Below, one piece after another: positions 18,877 through 27,755 of a stretch of 64,000 bases of DNA. Every line of letters begins with the position of its first letter. The first letter of the stretch is position 1. Made by a program: the position numbers and the translations under genes. The DNA comes from an uncultured Clostridia bacterium (GTDB taxonomy: Bacteria; Bacillota; Clostridia; Christensenellales; UBA1242): NCBI GenBank assembly GCA_934747255.1, contig CAKVGH010000001.1, positions 18,023-82,022 on the forward strand. Reading direction: 5' to 3'. The notes below the pieces were generated by a model, which was not told the origin of the DNA, did no database searches, and saw only the letters and a list, made by a program, of their open reading frames with translations.

Positions 18877-19515
18877 TTAAGCAATTACAATTGCTTCAAG
18901 CAATGGCTTTGCAGCTTCAGCTGTCAAGTTGTTAGCTTGGATTGTCTTAACTTGGATACCTTGTCCTTGGAAGTTAAGAGAGAATGTACCAGTTACATCG
19001 CCATAATTTAGGCTTGTTTTAACTGTGTATACATCGCCTGCAATATCAAATTTATCAACAGCACCTGTTACAGCACGATTACCTTCTGTAGCAAGAACGA
19101 TTGCATCGCCTGCATCAGAATATGTTACTTCTGACCAATTTGCGCCACCATCTACTGATACAATGTAGTAGAAAGCTACTTTAGAATTAGCTGTAATTGT
19201 TGCCTTTGCACCTTGTGTAAATGTTACTTTATCGCCAGGAAGTACAACATAAGCTCCTGCTTCATTTGTAGCGCAGTCTTCTGAACCTACACCTTTTGGA
19301 CTTGTTGTTACTTTAACTGTGTTAGTTGCACCTGCATTTACTGTAAGTGTCATCCAATCACTCATAACAAAGTCAACTTTTCCACCTTGGCCATCTTGTT
19401 TAGATGAACTTGTGTACCAAGCACCTGTTGCTGTCAAAATCATGCTTAAGCAAAGCAAGATGCTTAAAAGAACGATAGCAACTGTTGATTTTCTCATTTT
19501 CTTTGAGTTTACCAT
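18877..19515 (-). CDS. TasA/camelysin-like secreted fibre subunit (T4), intact RBS and signal peptide
   Basis: AAGGAGAAAAACAA-ATG; MVNSKKMRKSTVAIVLLSILLCLSMILTATGAWYTSSSK; VVLPGDKVTF; VKTIQANNLTAEAA. Confidence 0.65.
   Translation of the reverse strand: MVNSKKMRKSTVAIVLLSILLCLSMILTATGAWYTSSSKQDGQGGKVDFVMSDWMTLTVNAGATNTVKVTTSPKGVGSEDCATNEAGAYVVLPGDKVTFTQGAKATITANSKVAFYYIVSVDGGANWSEVTYSDAGDAIVLATEGNRAVTGAVDKFDIAGDVYTVKTSLNYGDVTGTFSLNFQGQGIQVKTIQANNLTAEAAKPLLEAIVIA
19405..19438 (-). repeat. third copy of the candidate crossover site, inside intact T4
   Basis: The T4 coding strand reads TTTGACAGCAACAGGtGCTTGGTaCACAAGTTCA. This matches 12267..12300 at 32 of 34 nt, and matches 22 of the last 23 nt (TTTGAC...GGT) of the 27-bp core. 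Confidence 0.85.
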
Positions 19516-19844
19516 TTTGTTTTTCTCCTTTTTTTATTTTATTTTATTTACAACCTTTCGTTATAAACATTCATAGTATAATAAACGGCAAAATTAAAGG
19601 CAAATATTTTTAACCACTTTTTCAAAATTTTTTTATTTTTTTTGTTTTTTTTGGTTTGTCGCAATTTGTCAAAGGTTTTTGGGCAAAAATGTTTTAACAT
19701 TTTTTTGATATATAATGTTTTAATCTATATAATATATATTTATATATAATAATACAGCCTTTTGAAAGTTTTTTGGGCAAAATTTTGCAAGTATCAAAAA
19801 AGACAAGGCAAAAAATTTTATTTGTGGTAAAATGTCTTAAACAA

Positions 19845-22163
19845 ATGAAAAAAATAATAAATTATAGACCGCTACTGGCTTTGTTTTTGGGATTGTGTAT
19901 AGGTACAACTTGTGCCTGTGCTATTTTTAATATCAATTCTGCCAACTTTGTGGACTATTGTGTTATTATTGGTGTGCTTATTTTAACAACTTCCCTGCTC
20001 CTACTAATGAAAGGCGAAAAACATTTATCTTACTTAAAAATGGGAATAACGCTTTTACTATCAATAATACTTGGAGTATGCCTTGTGTTTGGGGTTGTTG
20101 GAAAAAAGATTAGCGACACGGAAAGAGTTTTTGACGAAGTGGGCAGAAACTCGGTTCATACCACAATTGAAGCGAGAGTTTGTTCCACCATACTCGATGG
20201 CGGGAAACTATCGGCAGTGCTGGGCAATGTAAAATTAAACGGAAAATCTTACGGCAAAATGAAAATTAAAATTTCGTTTGGCGACAGCAAAGTGACTGTT
20301 GGCGATAATTTATCTTTTGAAGCAGTAATTTTTAGCAATGAAGTTATAGCCGAAACAATCAACACAAAAATGATGTTTGACAATATTTACTACTATGGTT
20401 ATGCCAGCGGAAGCGAGATTGTTTGCACAAAAAACAATGCAAACTTAATCGAAAGAGTCCGCATTAAAACCGACAACACCTTAAAAGAAAGTTGTGACGA
20501 AAACTACGGAATCTTAAAAGCCTTGCTACTAGGCGACAAAAGTGATATGGAGCAAGACACCTACGAAAACTATAAGTTGAGTGGACTGGCTCACATACTA
20601 TCAATTTCGGGCTTACATATTGGCTTTATAGCAATGATGATATACTTTTTGCTAAAAAAACTCAAAGCCAACACCAAAGTGCAATTTTTTGTTACAGCAA
20701 TACTTTTGCTACTATACTGTGCGTTATGCGGGTTTATTAGTTCGGTTGTAAGAGCCACGATTATGAGCATTTGCCTAATGCTAGCAAATGTAATTGGCGA
20801 ACGAAACGACCATATTTCCAGTTTGAGTTTAGCGGGCATAATACTACTATTTATCAACCCTATTTATGTAATAGACATTGGTTTTCAACTATCATTTTTA
20901 TCGGTGTTTGGCATACTTGTATTTGCTAGGTCGATAACAAAATTCTTTGTTAAAATTCACTTGCCAAACTTTATTGCAAGCAGTTTTGCAGTGACATTAT
21001 CAGCAACAATTTTAACACTCCCAGTTTTAATCAAAACTTTTGGGTATATTTCGCCAATAAGCCTAATTGCCAATCTTGTAATACTACCATTATTCTCAAT
21101 ATTTTTTAGCATACTGTTTATAGCATTTTTAATTAACTTAATCATACCGATTGGCTTTATGTTTTCGTTTTTATCTACCATATTTAGTTGCATTAGCGCA
21201 GTGACAACTGTTTTAGCCAAAGCGGGCGTTATTAAAACGGACTTTTCGCCAGTACTATCAACATTCGCCTACTACACATTTTTACTACTTGCAAGCAGAC
21301 TTAATATGTCAAACAAACTATTAAAACAATGTATGTGCATTATATGTGCGGTGGTTTGCGTTGCCTTTTCGGTTGACGAAATTATCAGGAGCAACTACAA
21401 CTTTCACGAGTATTTTTCGGTAATCAAGACCGTTGAAAACTCGTGTATGATACAAGCACGCAGTGGCAATAACACGCTTGTTTACGCAAGCAACGATAAT
21501 AGTTACGACTTTGAAAATTTGAGTTCGCATTTCAAAAACTTTTTGATTAGAAAAGTTCATACAATAATCGTTCCAAACTACACACCAGAACAAAACGAAG
21601 TGATAATAAAACTCATCGAAAAGTATAAAACTGATACTTTGTTTTTGCCTGCCAGCGAAAAAGAAAATAGTTCACTTTTATATTCAAAACTTGGCAAAGT
21701 GGTTAGAATACGATATGACGATTTTTACTATCTAGCAATCGACAAAGTTTACAGGTTAAAGGGCTTTAAGATTGACGGAAAAGTAAGGGCTTACTGGGTG
21801 GAATATTCCGATGGACCATATTACGAAGAACCATTGTTTGACTACGAGTTAATGCAAAAAGTAAAGGAAGCAAGAGTACTAGTTTTGTGTGACAAGTTAA
21901 CTCTTAATCAAACCGACAAATTGATTGAATTACTTGGCTATATTAACTACTACGACCCTATTCGGTATGTGTTATCAAATGATTACAACGAATCACTGAA
22001 AAAACTAATTGCATTTGACAAAATTGGTATTACAGATGTTATAATAAAAAACACAAAAAAACTTTCGGTGGAGCAACAGGCGTATATCGACAGTCTTGAT
22101 GGCGTAAAATTAAATAACAAATATTGGCTAGACTTTAATTATAGGAGAACAAAATTGATATGA
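19845..22163 (+). CDS. comEC: ComEC/Rec2 DNA-internalisation channel protein (C-terminal metallo-beta-lactamase motifs degenerate)
   Basis: Hallmark LSGLAHILSISGLHIGF and a polytopic core. Start refined to MKKIINYRP. Synteny with holA. Confidence 0.8.
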   Translation: MKKIINYRPLLALFLGLCIGTTCACAIFNINSANFVDYCVIIGVLILTTSLLLLMKGEKHLSYLKMGITLLLSIILGVCLVFGVVGKKISDTERVFDEVGRNSVHTTIEARVCSTILDGGKLSAVLGNVKLNGKSYGKMKIKISFGDSKVTVGDNLSFEAVIFSNEVIAETINTKMMFDNIYYYGYASGSEIVCTKNNANLIERVRIKTDNTLKESCDENYGILKALLLGDKSDMEQDTYENYKLSGLAHILSISGLHIGFIAMMIYFLLKKLKANTKVQFFVTAILLLLYCALCGFISSVVRATIMSICLMLANVIGERNDHISSLSLAGIILLFINPIYVIDIGFQLSFLSVFGILVFARSITKFFVKIHLPNFIASSFAVTLSATILTLPVLIKTFGYISPISLIANLVILPLFSIFFSILFIAFLINLIIPIGFMFSFLSTIFSCISAVTTVLAKAGVIKTDFSPVLSTFAYYTFLLLASRLNMSNKLLKQCMCIICAVVCVAFSVDEIIRSNYNFHEYFSVIKTVENSCMIQARSGNNTLVYASNDNSYDFENLSSHFKNFLIRKVHTIIVPNYTPEQNEVIIKLIEKYKTDTLFLPASEKENSSLLYSKLGKVVRIRYDDFYYLAIDKVYRLKGFKIDGKVRAYWVEYSDGPYYEEPLFDYELMQKVKEARVLVLCDKLTLNQTDKLIELLGYINYYDPIRYVLSNDYNESLKKLIAFDKIGITDVIIKNTKKLSVEQQAYIDSLDGVKLNNKYWLDFNYRRTKLI

Positions 22164-23149
22164 AATTTGCAGAATTGAAAAAAAGTTTATTATCGGCGGT
22201 TATGCCTTGCTACTTTGTTAGCGGCGATGACCCATTTTTGCGAGAAAATTCTTGCTCACTAATTGAAAAACAAATTTTTGGTCAAATTATAAAAAACAAC
22301 CTAAACAAGCAGGTGTTTACGAGTGACGAACTCGACCCAGTAAAGTTTATAGATACCCTAAACACCGTGCCGTTTTTTGCAGAAAAAAAGTTGGTTATCT
22401 TAAAAGTTTACGAGCCAAAAAAAGACACCACTTTGCTCAACTTATTAAAGGAATACATTAAACTTCCAAACGACCAAACTTGCCTTGTAATCGTGGATAA
22501 TTCGTCAAGCGAAGCCGTGCAATCATTAAAGCCACTTTGTACATTTGTGGACTGTTCTAGGCTTGAAAACAAATTGTTAAAACAATGGATAACTCACAAA
22601 CTTGCAACGGGCTATGCAAATCTCTCCCCTACTATAACCGCTGAAGCAATAGACACTTTAATTGACTACACCAACGGCTACTTATCAAAAATATCACTCG
22701 AACTTGACAAACTTGTTAGTTACTCTGGTGGCGAAATCGAAATTAGTCACATTGAGCAAATTGTTCCAAAAGATTTGGAATACTCAATTTTTGAACTTAC
22801 AAACAGTTTGGCTAGTGGTGACATTAAAAAAGCCGAACTAATAAAAAACGATATTATGAACAATCGTAAAACGACAAACAACATTTTAAGCGTAGTTCAA
22901 AATTATTTTAGACGACTATTCTTTGCCATAACAAGCGCCAAATCTTCCACCGAAATTGCTTCTATTTTGGGCGTTAAAGAATTTGCTATTACAAAGTCGA
23001 AGGAAGTTGCTCGAAAGTTTGGAGCAAGAAAATTAAAAAGTATTGTAGAACTTTGTGCCGACCTTGACTACAAAACAAAAACTGGTGTTGTATCCATTGA
23101 AAACGCAAACAATTACTTACTACTATTTATATTTGATTGTATCAAATAA
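22160..23149 (+). CDS. holA: DNA polymerase III delta subunit
   Basis: ATGA overlap with comEC; N-terminal YFVSGDDPFL block; size and conserved comEC-holA synteny. Confidence 0.75.
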   Translation: MKFAELKKSLLSAVMPCYFVSGDDPFLRENSCSLIEKQIFGQIIKNNLNKQVFTSDELDPVKFIDTLNTVPFFAEKKLVILKVYEPKKDTTLLNLLKEYIKLPNDQTCLVIVDNSSSEAVQSLKPLCTFVDCSRLENKLLKQWITHKLATGYANLSPTITAEAIDTLIDYTNGYLSKISLELDKLVSYSGGEIEISHIEQIVPKDLEYSIFELTNSLASGDIKKAELIKNDIMNNRKTTNNILSVVQNYFRRLFFAITSAKSSTEIASILGVKEFAITKSKEVARKFGARKLKSIVELCADLDYKTKTGVVSIENANNYLLLFIFDCIK

Positions 23150-23690
23150 AATTGTTAAAAAACATTTTCAATCGTAAAAGTCATCTAACAAAAATGTAAT
23201 AAAAACTTTTACTAAAAAGCAATACCAACTATTCAATAAAATTAAATAAAAAGTCACCATACACTATGGTGGCTTTTTACAAAAGATAGATGTCGGTTTA
23301 TTTTTTTGAACTATCATTAACCGCAAAATTTTTTAAGAGATAAATGTCGGTTTATTTTAGTATTAAATGTAATTTGTTTGTTATTTAATAGATTATTTTA
23401 TTAAACTCAATTTTTTACTACAATTAAATTTTTTTTATTATTTTTTTTGCTTTAACACAACATTTTGTATGTTTTTGATAAAATAAAATATTTTTGTCAA
23501 AATCTTTTTTTTATTTTTTATTTTTTCATTATTTTGCTAAATTTTTATAATTTTTTGTAATTTTTGTCGATATTTTGTGTTTTTTTAATGATTTTTATCA
23601 CTTTTTTTATTTTTTTTGAAAAATTTATAATTTATGTCGAAAATTTTTATTGCGAAATTAACTTTTATTAAAGCCCTGCAAAACAAATTC

Positions 23691-26003
23691 TTAAACTCTT
23701 TCAAAAATTCTGGCAGCAATAACTGTGCAATCATCTTTTAGTTTTTTCGATGACAATTCTATCGCCTTTGCAAGAATTTCATCACTCATTGTTTGCGGAT
23801 TAGTTGTATCTATCAAAGAAACAAACTTTTGCAGTTGTTCTATTCCACCAAACGAGTCAACAATGCCATCGCTACACATAATAATCATATCTTGTGAATT
23901 GATATTCTTTTTGATAATTGAGGGCTTAATTTCTTCCAAAATACCGAGTGGCAAAGCACCTGCTTGTAAAATCTCGGTTTCCCCACTATGTTTGATAAGT
24001 CCTTCGGGAGCACCCACTTTTACAAGGTCAGCGGTAGCACTATTAAGGTCCACCACGCACAAATCGAGTGCAGAATAGTTCTCTTCACTATTTATACTCA
24101 AAAAGCGATTGACAGAGTTTAGTATGATTTCATTATCAAAACCTGCTTTGTAAAAGTTTTCTATCAGGCTTATTGCAGTATCACTTGTGTTTTGTGCTTG
24201 CTCGCCACTGCCCATACCATCACAAAGAGCAAGCAAAACCTTATCTGGCGAAAGTTTTATAAATGAATAACTATCTCCGCTTACCGAGTTTTTATGTTTT
24301 GGACAACCGCTACTGCCGTATATTAAATCATATTTTGGTGCGGTAATATAGGTATTAACCACAAACGATGGCACTTGACTAGGCGTGGACGAAGAAAGGA
24401 GCATTTTTGTTTTGCATACTTTGGCGAGTACTTTCAAAATGTTATTTTCATTTGCATCATTTTCTCTCACAACCATTGTTACGCACGAAGTTTGAGTGTC
24501 TTTTTCGTATACCACCACTTCATTGGCTAAAATATTGCAGTAATTTAATTCATCAATGATTTGATTTTCCTTTGCCGTATCAAACTCGATAAGTTTTAGC
24601 GTATCAGTCGCCAAGATTTTAAGCAGTTGCGATACTCCTGCAAGTTGGTCAGCAATTAGTACTCTGCTGGTATCCATCGACACTACCATATTTGCGTATT
24701 GCTTGTAACTAACAATAAGTTGATTTATTGCTTGCAAAATTATATTTACTCTTGAACATCTTGTCGACAAAAACGCAGGCACATCTAAAATATTTGTGCG
24801 TCCCCTTTCAAAGCCAGCACTAATTATGTCGTCAAACACTTTGTTTGTTTCGTCTGCAAGCGACCTTAAACACTTGTATCTTTCTGGACAATCTGCACAG
24901 ACCTTTTGCATTACTTCTTGTGCTAGCATTTTTTTTGCTTCTTCTAGTGGTAAAACACCCTTTACGGTATTTCTAAAAGTGTTATTCATTTCGTAAAATA
25001 TATTTGAAATTTCAAACATTCGCTTTGACAATTCGTTTCGACTACGATTAACAACATCTCGTGACGCTTGATTTTTATTTTCTCCACCAATCAAAATTTT
25101 TAATATGGACAAAGTATCTTTTTTGATTAAAACAAATAGTCCTACGCCAATGAATGTGGAAAGAAAAGAAAATATCGAATACCCTGAATAGAGATTAAAA
25201 TAAAGTCCCAAAACCAAATCTGCAAGCAATACCGCCACAGCGGAGTAGTAACAATGACTCGTTCTAAACGATAGTCCAGCGAGTCCTAAAAGAGCATAGC
25301 CTGCACACATAGTAAGGTTGTTTGAATAAAGTGCTTCGCCCAGTCCCAGCACGACAGAGATTATCATTGAACTAGCGCCATCATAAAGATAAATCGCAAG
25401 CATTATTATAAAGATAGAAAATATTTTTGACAGCGATATATTCCAAATTGTGATTGTAGAAAGTCCAAGATTTATGCTCATTAGAATCAAGCAAAGCGAA
25501 ATTATTTCGTCAATAGTGAGTTTTAAGCCTATTCCCTTAACTAAAAAAGCCTTAAAGATTTTAATGCACGCAAGCATAAAAATTATTGCTACCATAATGC
25601 TTATCACAGCACTTAACAATGCTTCGTTAGAACCTAAACTATATAATATAAGCATTGTGTGACAGACGAATGCATAAATGCATAACAGCCAAATTTTTAT
25701 TGGCGACTTAATCGCCTTGTGAATGTATGTAACAATTATCATAAACCCACTGCAAGACAGTGTGAGCCACAAGTTTGTTAATTCAAAACAAGATAAGTAC
25801 CCTGTTAAAATGAACATTAAAGATAAAATAAATACATTTTGATTACACCAACACAGAGCTAAAAATAGTCCTATTGCAAACGGAAATATATTATTTTTAA
25901 TCCCCGCTTTCCATAACACAAAAAACATTGCAAAGAATAACAAATATTTTATAGCACCTAGTGCATTTACTATTTTTTTTGACTTAAAGATTTCGGCTTT
26001 CAT
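23691..26003 (-). CDS. spoIIE: stage II sporulation protein E (PP2C phosphatase with polytopic N-terminus)
   Basis: About 10 TM helices, then the PP2C block SGDSYSFIKL...LCDGMGSGEQA...CSDGIVDSFG. Start refined to MKAEIF after GGAGAAG. Confidence 0.85.
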   Translation of the reverse strand: MKAEIFKSKKIVNALGAIKYLLFFAMFFVLWKAGIKNNIFPFAIGLFLALCWCNQNVFILSLMFILTGYLSCFELTNLWLTLSCSGFMIIVTYIHKAIKSPIKIWLLCIYAFVCHTMLILYSLGSNEALLSAVISIMVAIIFMLACIKIFKAFLVKGIGLKLTIDEIISLCLILMSINLGLSTITIWNISLSKIFSIFIIMLAIYLYDGASSMIISVVLGLGEALYSNNLTMCAGYALLGLAGLSFRTSHCYYSAVAVLLADLVLGLYFNLYSGYSIFSFLSTFIGVGLFVLIKKDTLSILKILIGGENKNQASRDVVNRSRNELSKRMFEISNIFYEMNNTFRNTVKGVLPLEEAKKMLAQEVMQKVCADCPERYKCLRSLADETNKVFDDIISAGFERGRTNILDVPAFLSTRCSRVNIILQAINQLIVSYKQYANMVVSMDTSRVLIADQLAGVSQLLKILATDTLKLIEFDTAKENQIIDELNYCNILANEVVVYEKDTQTSCVTMVVRENDANENNILKVLAKVCKTKMLLSSSTPSQVPSFVVNTYITAPKYDLIYGSSGCPKHKNSVSGDSYSFIKLSPDKVLLALCDGMGSGEQAQNTSDTAISLIENFYKAGFDNEIILNSVNRFLSINSEENYSALDLCVVDLNSATADLVKVGAPEGLIKHSGETEILQAGALPLGILEEIKPSIIKKNINSQDMIIMCSDGIVDSFGGIEQLQKFVSLIDTTNPQTMSDEILAKAIELSSKKLKDDCTVIAARIFERV

Positions 26004-26296
26004 AACTTCTCCTACTCCAAAGAGTATAAAACGAATCATCTTCAACCGCTAGTGAAAATTTTTTGTAAAAACCTAAAATAAAGTCATTTTTTTGAAAAAT
26101 ATAGCAAAAAATGTTGATTTTTTATTGTTTTTTTAATTATTTTGCAATTTTTTATTCATTGATGACATTTTTCATTATCAAAAAAACTCACTCACAAAAG
26201 TCGGTTTTTAATTTGAAAACAGTTAAATATTCACGGTATTAAATAAAACAATCATAAATCGTACTTCCCTTTAATAAATTATTTTAGGAGTAAATT

Positions 26297-26575
26297 ATGA
26301 ACGAACAAGATACCATAAAAAAACAAGAGCCATCAAAAATTGTCATTACAAATCAATGCTTGACAAACATTAGTGGCGTAAACAAAGTTATCAGTGCAAC
26401 AGAAAATCAAGTGAGTTTGGTTGTTGCCAACGAGAATATGATTATTGATGGCAAAGACCTTCATGTATTAAAACTTGATACAGAGTGCAAACTGCTTGAC
26501 CTTGAAGGCAAAATTTCATCAATAAAATATACAAAACAAAAGGAAAAAAATTTTTTTAAGCGACTTTTTTCATAA
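26297..26575 (+). CDS. yabP: sporulation protein YabP
   Basis: ISGVNKVISATENQVSLVVANENMIIDGKDLHVLKLD... is the typical YabP pattern; yabP-yabQ-divIC synteny. Confidence 0.8.
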   Translation: MNEQDTIKKQEPSKIVITNQCLTNISGVNKVISATENQVSLVVANENMIIDGKDLHVLKLDTECKLLDLEGKISSIKYTKQKEKNFFKRLFS

Positions 26576-26581
26576 ACGATT

Positions 26582-27163
26582 ATGCTTCACGAAACGCTTT
26601 TGCAAGGACAAGTCTTTTTATGTATGCTATACTTTGGATTATGGTGTGGCATACTTTTTGAATTGAAAAATATTATCGAAAAGACTTTTTTTAATAACAA
26701 AATTATCTGTGTAATTTTAGACACCTGCTTTGTGGCTATATCAAGTGTCATTTTTGTTTTGGGTAAAAATATTGTAAATTTTGGCGAGTTTAGGTTGTTT
26801 CTTCTACTCAGTTTTTGTTTTGGTGCTATTTTAGAACATTTTTCGATAGGCTTTTTAGTTGAAAAATTATTTAATTTGATATATACTAATGTTATAAAAT
26901 TTTTCAAATTGTTAATATGCAAAATTAAGTCTAGGCTAGAAAAATCAAAACAATTAAGACAAAAAAAGAAAGAAGAAAAGTCAAAACAAAAAGCACAAAA
27001 GAATGCTCAAAAACAACAAGAAAAACAATTAAAAAAAGAGAAAACAAAGTCCACACGCAAAACAAAAAAACATTCAAAGAAAGAAAAAACAAAAAAGCCA
27101 AAAAGAAAGGAAAAATCAAATGAACACAAAACTTTGGAACATAATAAAATATATAGCCATTAG
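26582..27163 (+). CDS. yabQ: spore cortex protein YabQ with an extended lysine-rich tail
   Basis: Small membrane protein directly after yabP. C-terminal stretch of about 75 aa rich in K/E/Q. Confidence 0.65.
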   Translation: MLHETLLQGQVFLCMLYFGLWCGILFELKNIIEKTFFNNKIICVILDTCFVAISSVIFVLGKNIVNFGEFRLFLLLSFCFGAILEHFSIGFLVEKLFNLIYTNVIKFFKLLICKIKSRLEKSKQLRQKKKEEKSKQKAQKNAQKQQEKQLKKEKTKSTRKTKKHSKKEKTKKPKRKEKSNEHKTLEHNKIYSH

Positions 27164-27401
27164 CATTATCGCAATAATGTTTATCATATTGACTGTTCAA
27201 TTTGTTTCACTAGGCTCATTGAATAATAAAAACAACACCTTATCAAAGGAACTTGAAGATTTAAGCAATCAATATATTCAAAAGCAAGAAACAAAAAATA
27301 ATCTTGAAAACAACTATTCACAGTTTGTTGAAGATGAATGTAAAGAAAAATACGATATGAAAAACGAAAAAGAAGAAGTACTTGTTGTTAAACAAGACTA
27401 A
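27120..27401 (+). CDS. divIC: septum-formation initiator DivIC/FtsB family
   Basis: N-terminal TM helix, then a coiled coil (LSKELEDLSNQYIQKQETKNNLENN). Synteny after yabQ. Confidence 0.65.
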   Translation: MNTKLWNIIKYIAISIIAIMFIILTVQFVSLGSLNNKNNTLSKELEDLSNQYIQKQETKNNLENNYSQFVEDECKEKYDMKNEKEEVLVVKQD

Positions 27402-27755
27402 AATAAAATCAATCGTTTTCAATTATAAATTAAAAATTTGATGAAAATTTGATATAAAATTGAAAATATCAAACATAATTATCCATAAATAATAAAAAAT
27501 AATGCCAGTTGTGGCATTTTTTTTATTAAATAGTGATTATGAGAAAAACTTTTTGAACAATAATTTTTTATAATAAAAAAAGCAAAAATTTGAGAACAAA
27601 AAAATTGAATCATTAAAAATTCGGCTTAAAATTTCGTCATTACTATAATTATAGAAAAAAGTCAAATTTTTTTAACAATTTTTTGAAAATAGTTGCCATT
27701 TAATTTGCTTTTTGTTAAACTAAATTTAAGAGAATAATTTTGGAGCATATACATT

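Noticed and set aside
19517-19772. attR (a repeat of the tRNA-His 3' end) bounding a 10-kb island before comEC.
   Set aside because: No match to TTATTCCACCCCA or to longer tRNA 3' segments was found by eye in 12055..12267 or 19517..19772. The island-boundary hypothesis remains unproven.
23560-23645. TGTCGAT / TGTCGAA as Spo0A boxes controlling spoIIE.
   Set aside because: They lie downstream of the spoIIE stop (spoIIE is on the minus strand and its promoter is right of 26003), so they cannot be its promoter boxes. They are kept only as part of the spacer observation.
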